The notes below the pieces were generated by a model. The model worked only from the letters and a program-made list of their open reading frames with translations. It did not search any database and was not told where the DNA came from. A stretch of 35,545 bases of DNA from a virus (Duplodnaviria; Caudoviricetes): the IMG/VR virus record IMGVR_UViG_3300008085_000924, positions 1-35,545 of that record; one strand, given 5' to 3'. A program made the translations under genes and the position numbers. Positions 1 through 10,759 of the stretch are shown piece after piece. Each line of letters starts with the position of its first letter. Within the stretch, counting starts at the first letter, position 1.

Positions 1-858
1 GAAGTTGAAACTCGTCGTGCTCAGCAGGAATCACAGCTTGCCAAAGAACGTGCCGAAAGAACACGGGAAGCACAGGTTGCTCAGATTGAAGCTGAACAAG
101 CCACCAAGCAAGCAGAAATCAATAGACAGCGTTCTGTTGAAGAAGCTGAAATCAACAAGCGCAAAGCTCTTGAAATTGCTAAACAGGATCAAGAAATTGC
201 TATTGCTACAAAGAGCATGGAACGGTCTGAAGCACAAGCCAAAGCCGATGCTGCCAGAGCAGATGCAGTAACCGCCGAACAGGCAGTTATTACCGCCGAG
301 GAAAAAGCAAAGGCCGACCGTGTTAAGCAAATTGCTCTTATTGAAGCAACCAAGACTGCTGAAGAAGAAGCTACTCGCATACGTATCAGAGCACAAGCTG
401 AATATGAAGCTGCTGATAATAAAGCTAAAGCAATCGAAAGATTAGCACAAGCTCAATTAACCGAAGATGCCGCACGTGCCAAGGGTGAACAGGCAATCAA
501 TGAAGCTGCGAATATGTTAAACCAGGAACAGATTGATTTACGTATTAGACTTGCTCTAATTGACCGTTTGCCTGCCATTCTTGAACAAATGGTTAAGCCA
601 ATTGAAAAGGTTGATAGTGTTCGTGTTGTTCATATGAGCGGCGGCATGGGCAATATGATGGGCGGCACCGCCGGAGTTGAAGCCAACGGTAATATTGCTG
701 ATCAAGTTTCTAGAGCAATGCTTGGTTATAAGATGCAAGTACCAATGGTTGAAGAATTAGCCAAACAAATTGGGGTGGATTTGGGTGATATGAACAAAAC
801 ACTTTCTAATTTTGTTGATACTTCTGAACCAACCAACGAAGAACAATCGGAAGGTTAA
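1..858 (+). CDS. Flotillin/SPFH-family (YqiK-like) protein, C-terminal part; 5' end lies outside the window
   Basis: Frame 1 is open from base 1 (EVETRRAQQESQLAKERAER...). Long Ala/Glu-rich coiled coil followed by the flotillin C-terminal signature LIDRLPAILEQMVKPIEKVDSVRVV. Confidence 0.85.
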   Translation, partial: EVETRRAQQESQLAKERAERTREAQVAQIEAEQATKQAEINRQRSVEEAEINKRKALEIAKQDQEIAIATKSMERSEAQAKADAARADAVTAEQAVITAEEKAKADRVKQIALIEATKTAEEEATRIRIRAQAEYEAADNKAKAIERLAQAQLTEDAARAKGEQAINEAANMLNQEQIDLRIRLALIDRLPAILEQMVKPIEKVDSVRVVHMSGGMGNMMGGTAGVEANGNIADQVSRAMLGYKMQVPMVEELAKQIGVDLGDMNKTLSNFVDTSEPTNEEQSEG

Positions 859-866
859 TTAAAATT

Positions 867-896
867 AATGGGAGGGAAATCCCCTCCCATTTTTTT
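867..896 (+). terminator. Intrinsic terminator after flotillin gene
   Basis: aatgggaggg-aaatc-ccctcccatt stem-loop followed by a T-run. Confidence 0.85.
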
Positions 897-910
897 GTGG
901 AGTATTAAAT

Positions 911-1417
911 ATGATTGAATTTATTTTTATATCCTGCATTACAACATTTAGTTGTTATGTGTTATATCATCATTTAATAAACGAATTAACATTTAATGAA
1001 ATTTATGATTTAAAAATTAAAAATAAAATACCATTTTTAATGAGTAAACGCGATAAGTTGCTATTGCGTGGGCTTGAAACAATAACAGATTTGAAAAAAC
1101 AATTTTTGAAAAAACAATTTAATAGTGCTAAATCAAATAAATTATATTCACTTATTTTGGAAACTTTGGCATATTACGAAACTACTAACAAAAGTGTTAA
1201 TGAACTAGAAAGTTTTCTTAAACTTAAGGTTTTTCCATTAAAAAGTATTTCAAATCAATATATTAGATTAGAATATGGACACAAATATATAGAAGCGTAT
1301 ACCGCAATTTTAGATGATGCAATTTTGGATATTGAAAAAACTAATCAAATGTTACTTTCGCATGACGAAAAAATTGCTTCTATTGACTTAAAAGTATTAA
1401 AATCATATTATAACTAA
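911..1417 (+). CDS. Hypothetical protein with N-terminal hydrophobic segment
   Basis: 168-aa ORF, GGAG upstream, hydrophobic first ~20 residues. Confidence 0.65.
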   Translation: MIEFIFISCITTFSCYVLYHHLINELTFNEIYDLKIKNKIPFLMSKRDKLLLRGLETITDLKKQFLKKQFNSAKSNKLYSLILETLAYYETTNKSVNELESFLKLKVFPLKSISNQYIRLEYGHKYIEAYTAILDDAILDIEKTNQMLLSHDEKIASIDLKVLKSYYN

Positions 1418-1459
1418 ATATAACTTAGTTTATTTTAATTACTTTTGGGGAGAGTTTAT

Positions 1460-2566
1460 GTGAACAATATTTTAAGATTTTTATCAATTATACTTTTTTC
1501 TACAGCGACCGCAATGCTACCGTTAATACCCTCAAATGCCGCAACATTTTCTGAAGATTTGTTAAATTGGAAGATACGTTCGGTTTTAATAGAATCAACT
1601 AATTCGTATGTTTGCTATTATACTTTTGCAGCCTCTAATTTTTTTATGTCATTTACATATGATGATGATGTAAATGAGTTTGGGATAATGGTTGTGACTC
1701 CCAATTTTACTCAGTTGGGGATTCCTCTTGGACCACAGCATAATTATACCGTTGAATTTGACGGGCAACAAATGGATAATGTATTAGTTACTCATATACA
1801 ACCGGGATTCATTTATCTTTTATTTCCTGATAAAAATCTAATTCAACCAAATATTACTGATTCTAGTTCTATTATACTTAAATTTAATTTGGGTGGTGGG
1901 TTGGTATTGACTTTTCCAATCGCACCAAATTATAATGCGGCCCTTGCTAAAGCTGCAGAATGTTACACCAATCCTGTATTCGATGATGATGCGACAATTG
2001 ATTTAACACCGCCTTTTGACCCCAAAATACCAACTACTCAATCTAAATTAACATTGCAGGATATTCATTATCGTGCAATTCAAACGATATCTAGTTTCCC
2101 AATTATATTACCAACCAATGATTCAACTCAATCATTCTTTTCATATATTATGGGTAATTTAGAATCTGCTTATACCGTAACGGCAAATTCAAATACGATT
2201 TCGTTTCGGGATGATAATTTGATTGGGTTGTTTATGATTTCAAAACCCGGAGCAGAAATAACTTCGGAAAGATTATTATCAGCATATAAATCAAGGTTAC
2301 CAACAGGCACTTGCACCACGGTTAATGCATCCTTACTAAAAGAAAATGATGACGGATTTTTGCTTAATTACATTTCTCTTTGTACTGAATTATCTGAAAA
2401 TTATTTTAGTATTGGTTATTTGCTATACACGGCTAAAACAAAGCAAATAGTGGAATTTAACACATTGAGTTATCATGATAAATTTCCGTTTAATCTAGAA
2501 AATTTGGATACACTACGAATAACATTGGAAAATTTTATTAAAGGTGATTTGGGAAAGGCTTACTAA
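1460..2566 (+). CDS. Hypothetical exported protein (signal peptide)
   Basis: GTG at 1460 follows GGGGAG. The N-terminus MNNILRFLSIILFSTATAMLPLIPSNAA resembles a Sec signal peptide. The ORF track start at 1445 is less likely. Confidence 0.65.
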   Translation: MNNILRFLSIILFSTATAMLPLIPSNAATFSEDLLNWKIRSVLIESTNSYVCYYTFAASNFFMSFTYDDDVNEFGIMVVTPNFTQLGIPLGPQHNYTVEFDGQQMDNVLVTHIQPGFIYLLFPDKNLIQPNITDSSSIILKFNLGGGLVLTFPIAPNYNAALAKAAECYTNPVFDDDATIDLTPPFDPKIPTTQSKLTLQDIHYRAIQTISSFPIILPTNDSTQSFFSYIMGNLESAYTVTANSNTISFRDDNLIGLFMISKPGAEITSERLLSAYKSRLPTGTCTTVNASLLKENDDGFLLNYISLCTELSENYFSIGYLLYTAKTKQIVEFNTLSYHDKFPFNLENLDTLRITLENFIKGDLGKAY

Positions 2567-2596
2567 TAAATACTTTTAACACACAGGAGATTTAAA

Positions 2597-3376
2597 GTGG
2601 ATATATTAGGCCAAATACCATCAAACAACGATGTAAGAACTAAACTAGTTAGAGAAATTAAATTATCATTGGGTGATGGCATGGTTGATTTAGAACCAGA
2701 TCCGGAGCATTATGATTTAGCAATAGATAAGGCCTTGGATAGGTATAGAACTAGAAGTAAAAATTCTACTGAAGAAAGTTTTATATTTTTGGAAGTTCAA
2801 CCGGAAACTGCCTCATACACCTTGCCAAATGAAGTATTAGAAGTGCGAGATGTTTATCGACGCGGCGCAAGTGGGAATACCGGCGGCGGCACATTTTTTG
2901 ATCCTTTTTCGGCCAGTATTACCAATTCGGTCTATGGTATTCCATATGCAAGTGGCACTTCGGGAGACTTAGTTACTTATGAATTGGCGTTACAATATCA
3001 AGAACTTGTTGGGCGTATGTTTGGGTTGGAATTGATGTACACTTGGAATAAGGTAACTAAGAAAATATCTTTTCATAGAAAATTTGCTGCTCCTGAACAA
3101 GTATTACTATGGTGTTTTAATTATCGTCCAGAATCAATACTTTTAACTTCTTATGATAGTAAACAATGGATTAGAGATTACGCCATTGCTGCCACTAAAT
3201 TTATGATAGGGGAAGCTCGTAGTTTCTTTTCTTCAATTCCCGGACCGGGCGGCGGCGTAACACTCAATGGCGATACCCTAAAGAATGATGCATTGGCAGA
3301 AATGCAACGGCTTGAGGAAGAGGTTATGACACAACGTGATGGCGGCGATGAAGGATATTATTTCGTAATTGGATAA
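2597..3376 (+). CDS. Neck protein (T4 gp13-like)
   Basis: Motifs LSLGDGMVDLE..PEHY..AID.AL, W(I)RDYA.A..K..IGEARS.F..IPGPGGGVTLNG..LK typical of T4-like neck proteins; AGGAG RBS. Confidence 0.8.
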   Translation: MDILGQIPSNNDVRTKLVREIKLSLGDGMVDLEPDPEHYDLAIDKALDRYRTRSKNSTEESFIFLEVQPETASYTLPNEVLEVRDVYRRGASGNTGGGTFFDPFSASITNSVYGIPYASGTSGDLVTYELALQYQELVGRMFGLELMYTWNKVTKKISFHRKFAAPEQVLLWCFNYRPESILLTSYDSKQWIRDYAIAATKFMIGEARSFFSSIPGPGGGVTLNGDTLKNDALAEMQRLEEEVMTQRDGGDEGYYFVIG

Positions 3377-3415
3377 ATATTGTTATATAATAATATTTTA
3401 AATTATGGTATAAAT

Positions 3416-5125
3416 ATGATTGAATTTATCAAAACCCAATTGTTGCTGGTATATAGCACTAAACGAAAAATAGCATGGATACATGATAATGGATATATGG
3501 ATGAAATTAATAAGTATTTGTCGCCCATAATTCCAAGAAGTAATGAAGAAACAATATATTTATTATATAATAGTTACGAATTATGTAACGAAACCGATGA
3601 ACTTAAACCATTTAAACGGGGTAAATATGTTTTTTGTTCAACTACAAATTCTGGATGTCAATGTAGAGCTAAAAGTTTTTCTGAAAAAATAAATCAACCG
3701 GAGGTCAAGTTAAAAATTCAAACTGCATTGAAAAAAGGATACTCTGAAAATTCTCTTGAAATTAAAGAAAAAAGAAAACAAACCAATTTAGACAGATATG
3801 GGGTTGAAAATCCTTTTCAATCAGAACTAGTCAAAAATAAAAGTAAACAAACCAATTTAGACAGATATGGGGTTGAAAATCCTTTTCAATCAGAACTAGT
3901 CAAAAATAAAAGTAAACAAACCAATTTAGACAGATATGGGGTTGAATACATTAGTAAATCCCAAGAAATAAAAGATAAAAAACGACAGACTTGTATTGAT
4001 AAATATGGAGTTGCCAATGTTGGTTTAATTCCTTCTTCTATAGAAAAAAGAAAACAGACTAATTTGGATAGATATGGTGTATATAACGGGTCAATGAAAC
4101 ACTATACTACAGAACAACAACTGTTGGTTGGTAACAAATCAATTTTAAAAGAATCTCTTAAGAACAAAACATATATGCAGTTGGCCTCGGAAACCGGGGT
4201 ATCTGCCACAACTTTGGCCAATTATGCGCATCATTACGGTATTCGAGAATATTACGAAAGTTCATATGAAAAAATAATAAATCATTGGCTAATCAATGAT
4301 TTAAATACTACAATTTTAAATAGAACCAGGAAAATAATTTCTCCGTATGAATTGGATACTGTTATATTAGAAAAAAACTTAGCAATTGAATTTTGCGGGT
4401 TATATTGGCATTCCGATATAAACAAAGACAAACAATACCATCGTATGAAATATTTAAAATGTAAGGAACAGGGATTTTCTTTAATTACAATTTTTGAAGA
4501 CGAATGGGTATTCAACGAGTATATATGTAAAAAAATAATCAAGAATAAACTTGGGTTGACAGATTTACGAATAAATGCTAGAATGACCAAAGTAGTTAAC
4601 ATTCCTTGGAAAACTGCACAGGTATTTTATGAAAAAGAACATATATCTGGTGCAGGATCTCCCACTAAATTAAATTATGGATTAGTTTACAATGATGATA
4701 TAGTTGCTGTAATGAGTTTTGGACCCCAGCGCCGCGCCCTTGGTTCAATTTCTAAAGAAAAATGTTATGAGATTTATAGATATGCAACTATAGATGCTAA
4801 TATACGGGGAGGAGCGAGTAAATTATTGACAGCTTTTGAACGTAATGTGGATGTTAAAGAACTTATTACTTTTGCAGATTTGCGTTGGGGGTCTGGTAAT
4901 TTGTATAAACATCTTGGGTTTACTTTTTTATATGATACCGCCCCGAATTATTATTATTATAAATTGCCAAATTTGAAAAGATTGCATAGGTTTAATTTTA
5001 CAAAACATAATATTATTAATTCTGGTGGCGACCCTACTCTTACTGAATATCAAAATATGATAAACAGTGGATATTCGCGAATATTTGATTGCGGAAACGG
5101 TAAATGGATTAAACAATATGCTTGA
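3416..5125 (+). mobile_element. Free-standing putative homing endonuclease (Vsr/DUF559-like nuclease, KYGV-type repeats, C-terminal GNAT-like region); copy 1 of 4
   Basis: ELD...AIEFCGLYWHS...IFEDEW nuclease-like motif, repeated T(N/C)(L/I)D(R/K)YGV units, C-terminal half shared with three other ORFs in the window. Alternative TTG start at 3380. Confidence 0.7.
3776..3946 (+). repeat. Perfect 69-bp in-frame tandem repeat (~2.5 copies)
   Basis: Unit aaacaaaccaatttagacagatatggggttgaaaatcc...aaaagt starts at 3776, 3845 and 3914; it encodes KQTNLDRYGVENPFQSELVKNKS. Confidence 0.95.
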
Positions 5126-5570
5126 TAAATATTTAAAATATAAAGAGTTTAATGATTGGGTATTACATAATAAACTTATGACCAAATTAATAAACACCCC
5201 TATCTTTTGTACATTAATATTAGAAGATAATAGACGTTATGAAATATTATTTTTTGATGGAGAAGTTTTCAGTTATAAATTTTTTATTTTTTCTCTAGAA
5301 ATATATAATATTTCTAGATTTTATTACAGAAACAGCCAAATTAAAAATAAATCAAAATTAGAAGAACATGATAAAATTGTTCAATGTTTAATTAGAAAAA
5401 ATATCATTAAAGAAGTTATAACACCCCATCCTTATCATAAAAATTCAAAACCCAAAATTATAACTGACATTGGGAATTCTTACCATGATTTTATTACAAC
5501 ATTAACTAATCTTGATTTTTCTAATGTTTACGAATTATTGCCTATAATTGAGAGAGCAAAAAATGAATAA
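5118..5570 (+). CDS. Hypothetical protein
   Basis: ATG at 5118 overlaps the end of the upstream gene; no recognisable motif. Confidence 0.55.
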   Translation: MLDKYLKYKEFNDWVLHNKLMTKLINTPIFCTLILEDNRRYEILFFDGEVFSYKFFIFSLEIYNISRFYYRNSQIKNKSKLEEHDKIVQCLIRKNIIKEVITPHPYHKNSKPKIITDIGNSYHDFITTLTNLDFSNVYELLPIIERAKNE

Positions 5571-5892
5571 TATTGAAGATGGTATAATAAATTTTGCAGA
5601 AATTATAAAAGGTCGTTATAATTCTAATAATCCAAAAATTACATTTATGGTTCAAACAGACATATTTAATTCAGTAAATGTTTATAAATTTGGTATAATT
5701 AAATTAGAAGATAATAAAGTATTTGGGTGGTTATGGACCACTAAAGAGCATAAAGTATATGTGCCATTTGATATTACTGATAATAATCGTAATAATGATA
5801 CACAAATAAAAGTTTTTAAAAATAAAAAATCTGCGGATAATTATGCACTATGGTTAGTAATGAATGGGAGTAAAATGCAAAATGTTGAATAA
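5563..5892 (+). CDS. Hypothetical protein, probable paralog of the next ORF
   Basis: ATG 5563 overlaps the previous stop; C-terminal FKNKKSADNYALWLVMN. Confidence 0.6.
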   Translation: MNNIEDGIINFAEIIKGRYNSNNPKITFMVQTDIFNSVNVYKFGIIKLEDNKVFGWLWTTKEHKVYVPFDITDNNRNNDTQIKVFKNKKSADNYALWLVMNGSKMQNVE

Positions 5893-6406
5893 ATCTGATA
5901 ATTTAACTAAATATTTGGGTACTCCACAGAATAATAGAGTTTCATCCTTAAATGACTTTTTAAATTTGAAAGGAAAAACTATTTGGTTGATTACTGTTCC
6001 GCAATTTGATGGAATAACAGAAATGTATGCTAATTCGTTTATAACAGAATGGCATGTTGATGATTGTTATAATGTATATGGTAATAAAATATTAATTGAC
6101 GATGAAATTAATAATGAATTTTCAATATATAGTCCACATGCTACCAAATTTAAAGAAAATAATAATGAAATTTATAGATATTTAATATCATTGCAGGATT
6201 ATAATATTATAAATAGTGAAACGAATACTAATCATGCAGCTTTTTATGATAAAGAAAGTGCAGACACATATAGGATATGGTTATTGATGAATTTTCCTAG
6301 ATCGGAAATATGTAGTTTACTCGATGACCGTATTACTCAATGCAAACTAGTTAATTGGAATAATTTTTTAAAATTTGGTTTAGAATTTAATGCAGTGGTA
6401 ATATAA
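5882..6406 (+). CDS. Hypothetical protein, probable paralog of the previous ORF
   Basis: ATG 5882 after GGGAG; contains FYDKESADTYRIWLLMN. Confidence 0.6.
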   Translation: MLNKSDNLTKYLGTPQNNRVSSLNDFLNLKGKTIWLITVPQFDGITEMYANSFITEWHVDDCYNVYGNKILIDDEINNEFSIYSPHATKFKENNNEIYRYLISLQDYNIINSETNTNHAAFYDKESADTYRIWLLMNFPRSEICSLLDDRITQCKLVNWNNFLKFGLEFNAVVI

Positions 6407-7047
6407 TGAAAATAATAGCAATTTCCGGATTTATTGGCGCAGGTAAAGATACGGTTGCAAATTATCTGATTAAAAATTATGAATTTAACCGAGAATCACT
6501 GGCCAAGAGTTTAAAAGATGCAACTGCGACCATATTTAATTGGCCCAGGCATCTGCTTGAAGGGGATACTGACGAAAGTAGAAACTGGAGAGAAACAGTG
6601 GATCCATGGTGGTCAAAAAAATTAAAACTACCAAATGCTACTCCTAGGTTAATATTACAACTTATTGGCACAGAAGTATTTCGTAATAGTTTTAACCAAG
6701 ATATATGGACACTTTCTTTGGAAAATAGATTATTATCTAATAAAAATTCCAATATCATCATAACAGATTGTAGATTCCCGAATGAAATTGAGATAATTAG
6801 AAAGTTATCTGGTAAATTGGTTTGGGTTAAGCGCGGCCCGTTACCGGAATGGTATAGTATGGCATTGGATGTAAACACCAATTCGCCACATTTACTGGAA
6901 GATTTTACTAAAAAATATAGAGTTCATCAATCAGAATTTAGATGGATAGGCACAAATTTTGATATTATTATTAATAACGATGATTCTTTGTCTAAATTAT
7001 ATGATACTATTGATACTTTTATGAATTCGGCTGATTGGCAAAAATAA
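6406..7047 (+). CDS. Deoxynucleoside monophosphate kinase (T4 gp1-like)
   Basis: P-loop GFIGAGKDT, TPRLILQLIGTE.FR, IITDCRFPNE, HQSE motifs. Confidence 0.92.
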   Translation: MKIIAISGFIGAGKDTVANYLIKNYEFNRESLAKSLKDATATIFNWPRHLLEGDTDESRNWRETVDPWWSKKLKLPNATPRLILQLIGTEVFRNSFNQDIWTLSLENRLLSNKNSNIIITDCRFPNEIEIIRKLSGKLVWVKRGPLPEWYSMALDVNTNSPHLLEDFTKKYRVHQSEFRWIGTNFDIIINNDDSLSKLYDTIDTFMNSADWQK

Positions 7048-7070
7048 TCTGCATAAAATTTACTCCTTTT

Positions 7071-7078
7071 GATAAATA
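7071..7078 (+). promoter_or_regulatory. Candidate T4-type late promoter (GATAAATA)
   Basis: One mismatch to the T4 late consensus TATAAATA; the same context (tttgataaataaaataaa) recurs upstream of the gene at 22264. Confidence 0.55.
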
Positions 7079-7124
7079 AAATAAACAGTTTATAATAACT
7101 TTTATTGTAAAGAAGGATTAAATA

Positions 7125-10100
7125 ATGGCTTTAGTATCACCAGGCGTAGAAATACAAGTTATAGATGAAAGTATTGCAGGATCTTCCGGTCCGGGTACTA
7201 TTCCTCTTATTTTTATTGCTACTCAACAAAATAAAACAATTAACACCGCTTTGGGCCCGGTATTCAATACGGTAGCTTCCGGAACAGTGACAGCAAATGC
7301 TGGCGAATTATATCTAATAACTTCGCAACGTGAATTGATACAAACATTTGGGGATCCCGTATTTTATGAAAATCAGGGCACTCCTATTCCCGGATATGAA
7401 TTAAATGAATATGGGTTATTGGCGGCATATCAATTTTTGGGTATATCAAATAGAGCGTATGTAATACGAGCTGATTTGGATTTGGCACAAATGTTGCCGA
7501 CTAACTTTGAACCCACAAATCCGCCATTTAGTGGTACATATTGGCTTGATTTAACCGAAACATCTTGGGGTATATTTAAAAGTGATGGTAGCTCTGTTCC
7601 CGGAACCGCATGGCAGTCGCAAATACCGTTGGTTGTTTCGAGGACGGGTCAAACAGAAAATGTGGTGGTTTCTGAAGTTGGTTTTGATGAAAATACCACA
7701 GCGGTAGCAGTTACTGGTAATTTAGAAATCAATGGGGTAATTGTATCTATTAATAATTCAGATACAATTGAGCAGGTAGCATTACTTATTAATACCGCTA
7801 ATATTACATCTATACGAGCTACTGTATTACGTTACAGTGATAGATCTTGGTTAGCTATACGAAATTTGGATGCTGGTAAAATTGATATAGGTGGCGATTC
7901 AACAGTGGTAACTGGTTTAGGATTTGATAATCAGACTGTGGTTCGACACCCAAGTTTTACTTTGGGACAAAACGGTGATTTTGCGGTAATGCCAATTTTA
8001 GGTGATAATTTATATTATGAAAAAATAAGACCAACCGGTCTGCTCGGTGAATCTGATCCAGATGCTGTAGCATTTTGGTTTTTGATTGGTTCAGATACTT
8101 GGAGAAGAACTTCTACAACTGTAGCAACTGGTATTACATTAACTAATTATTTGAGTAATCCTTTGGCCTCATCGGACCAATTAACTATTTCTAATGGCGA
8201 TGATTCTGTGACAATAACATTTGGGGTAGCCGATGTTAATACGTTAAACAATGTTATTGCTAAAATTAATTTAGATCTAGTTAATGCTTCGATGAATGAT
8301 AAGTTTGTTTCTATGTTGGATGTTAATAACAGAATAGCGGTAGTAAACATAGAGGGCGGTAATTTAATACTTACTGGATCAACTGGTGTCACCGCTCTAC
8401 TTGGTTTCACAACCACTAATATTAATAGAAATAGAGTATATTATTCCCCGCATTTTCAAGTACCTGCAGGGTCTAGATCAGGCGATATTTGGGTTAAAAC
8501 TACGAACCCAAATGCTGGCGCCGACTACATTGTTAAAATTTATAGCAGAACAACAAGTTCTTGGACAACGATTCCTGCCCCATTTTATTTAAATGATGAT
8601 AAAGCATTGAGTGCTCTTAGTACATCGGCCGCTCCTGGCACTTTGTATACTAGGTTTAACTTGTATGGTACAGTATCTGATCCAATAACATCACAAATAT
8701 TACGTAGATACACTGGCGCCGGCACAGTTGATATTATTGGGGATAGTATTCCGGGTGTTACTACTCCGTCGTTAGTTCCTGGAGACCAATTTGTTTTGAC
8801 TGTTGGTACACCAAACGGCGGCGGGCAAGACAGTCAAATAATTACTATTACTGGTTCGGGGATAGCTGACGTTATTACTGATATTAATAATTCAACGTTA
8901 CCAAATATACTTGCTGATAGTGTAGGCGGATTCTTAAGAATAAGCAACACTTCCGGATACAGTTTAACTATTGGGTATTTTGATCCAAATACAAACGCTT
9001 TTGTAGATACTACCAATACTGATGATCCAATTGCATCATTGGGCTTTACTGATGGGTTAAACGCAAGTAGATTTACTGATTTAACTTATTCTGCTTCAGT
9101 TGTTGCCCCAACTACCGAAGCAGAATCGGGTAGACTTTGGTTTAATGACGATTTCTTAGCTGACATTATGGTTGGCGACGGTGACCAATGGATTGGGTTG
9201 CGAAATGCATTTCCAAGCGTAGACCCCCAGGGTGTTATTATTGCTGGCAGTGCTCCTGAATTTCAAACTGATGGTACTCCATTGGTAGAAAATGATTTAT
9301 GGTTGGACGGAAGCGATTCTGAAAATTATCCGGCGCTTTATCGATACCGGGCACTAACCAAAGTATGGGAACCCATTGATACTACTGACCAAACCACACC
9401 GTTTGGTATAGTTTTTGGGGACGCTCGTTGGAGCGTTGACGGGCAACGAGATGGAGATAGAACGCAGGCTGGATTGACAAAGTCGGATTTCTTAGATCCC
9501 GATGCGCCGGATCCAAGAACATATCCCGCCGGTATGCTATTGTTCAACACAAGAGCATCCACAAACAATGTTAAAAGATGGATTCCAAATTATCTTGCAG
9601 AATTTGTTGGTCAAGAAGAATCTCCTGGTGTTCAATATTCCGTTGGGTTAAGTGACTTCCCAACCGATACTATTACTACTGCTAACCAAGGCAGGTGGGT
9701 TACTGCTTCGGGTAACGAAGTTGATGGAAGTCCGTTTATGGGTAGAAAAGCTCAAAGAAGATTGGTTATACAATCCATAGCAGCTGACATAATTAGTAAT
9801 CAGGATATTAGAGCAGAAACTGCTTTTTACAACTTAATAGCAGCCCCCGGATACCCTGAACTTATTGATGAAATGGTAACACTAAATACCGACATTAAGG
9901 AAGTAGCATTTATCGTAGGCGATACTCCCGCAAGATTAGAACCGGATGGAACTAGCATTCAACGTTGGGCAACCAATGCAAATAACGTTGCAAGCACTGG
10001 TGATGAAGGATTAACGGTTGCCAATACTTATGTTGGACTATATTATCCGTGGGCATTGAGCACCAATACAAATGGCCAGGAAGTAGTTGTTCCGCCAAGC

Positions 10101-10697
10101 AATCTAGTTTTGCGAACCATTGCGTTCAATGATAATGTGGCATATCCTTGGTTTGCTCCTGCAGGATTTAATCGAGGATTAATTACAAATGCTGGATCAG
10201 TTGGGTATATTAATTCAGAAGATGAATACCAACCAGTAATTTTGAATCCCGGACAACGTGACACATTATATGTTAATAATATTAATCCATTAGCTTATAT
10301 GCCAAACAAGGGACTTGTGGTATTTGGACAGAAAACACTTCATCCAAATGAAACTAGTGCTTTAAGTAGAGTGAATGTTGTTAGATTGATTAACTTCTTG
10401 AGATTTAACTATGATGTTATTGCTAAACCATTCTTGTTTGAACCAAATGATAAACAAACTAGAGATCAGGTAACATCAGTATTTGAAAGATTTACTGGTA
10501 ACTTGGTAAGCTTAAGAGCATTATATGACTTTGCGGTTGTTTGCGACGAGAGCAATAACACTCCAGATAGAATTGATAGAAATGAATTGTGGATTGATGT
10601 AGCGATACAGCCAGTTAAAGCAATAGAATTTATCTACATACCAATTAGAATTAGAAATACTGGTGAAGATTTAACTAACTTATTGCCTGGAGTATAA
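7125..10697 (+). CDS. Contractile tail sheath protein (T4 gp18-like), 1190 aa
   Basis: N-terminal LVSPGVEI.VIDES; C-terminal YPWFAPAGFNRG, RDTLY.NNINP, FGQKTL, SRVNV.RL, FEPND, VCDESNNTP.RIDRNEL.IDVAIQPVKAIEFIYI. Confidence 0.96.
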   Translation: MALVSPGVEIQVIDESIAGSSGPGTIPLIFIATQQNKTINTALGPVFNTVASGTVTANAGELYLITSQRELIQTFGDPVFYENQGTPIPGYELNEYGLLAAYQFLGISNRAYVIRADLDLAQMLPTNFEPTNPPFSGTYWLDLTETSWGIFKSDGSSVPGTAWQSQIPLVVSRTGQTENVVVSEVGFDENTTAVAVTGNLEINGVIVSINNSDTIEQVALLINTANITSIRATVLRYSDRSWLAIRNLDAGKIDIGGDSTVVTGLGFDNQTVVRHPSFTLGQNGDFAVMPILGDNLYYEKIRPTGLLGESDPDAVAFWFLIGSDTWRRTSTTVATGITLTNYLSNPLASSDQLTISNGDDSVTITFGVADVNTLNNVIAKINLDLVNASMNDKFVSMLDVNNRIAVVNIEGGNLILTGSTGVTALLGFTTTNINRNRVYYSPHFQVPAGSRSGDIWVKTTNPNAGADYIVKIYSRTTSSWTTIPAPFYLNDDKALSALSTSAAPGTLYTRFNLYGTVSDPITSQILRRYTGAGTVDIIGDSIPGVTTPSLVPGDQFVLTVGTPNGGGQDSQIITITGSGIADVITDINNSTLPNILADSVGGFLRISNTSGYSLTIGYFDPNTNAFVDTTNTDDPIASLGFTDGLNASRFTDLTYSASVVAPTTEAESGRLWFNDDFLADIMVGDGDQWIGLRNAFPSVDPQGVIIAGSAPEFQTDGTPLVENDLWLDGSDSENYPALYRYRALTKVWEPIDTTDQTTPFGIVFGDARWSVDGQRDGDRTQAGLTKSDFLDPDAPDPRTYPAGMLLFNTRASTNNVKRWIPNYLAEFVGQEESPGVQYSVGLSDFPTDTITTANQGRWVTASGNEVDGSPFMGRKAQRRLVIQSIAADIISNQDIRAETAFYNLIAAPGYPELIDEMVTLNTDIKEVAFIVGDTPARLEPDGTSIQRWATNANNVASTGDEGLTVANTYVGLYYPWALSTNTNGQEVVVPPSNLVLRTIAFNDNVAYPWFAPAGFNRGLITNAGSVGYINSEDEYQPVILNPGQRDTLYVNNINPLAYMPNKGLVVFGQKTLHPNETSALSRVNVVRLINFLRFNYDVIAKPFLFEPNDKQTRDQVTSVFERFTGNLVSLRALYDFAVVCDESNNTPDRIDRNELWIDVAIQPVKAIEFIYIPIRIRNTGEDLTNLLPGV

Positions 10698-10727
10698 TAT
10701 AATATAATATATATTAAATAGAAAAAT

Positions 10728-10754
10728 AAAAAGGAGCAGAAATGCTCCTTTTTT
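10728..10754. terminator. Bidirectional intrinsic terminator
   Basis: aaaaaggagca-gaaa-tgctcctttttt between convergent genes. Confidence 0.85.
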
Positions 10755-10759
10755 ACGAG

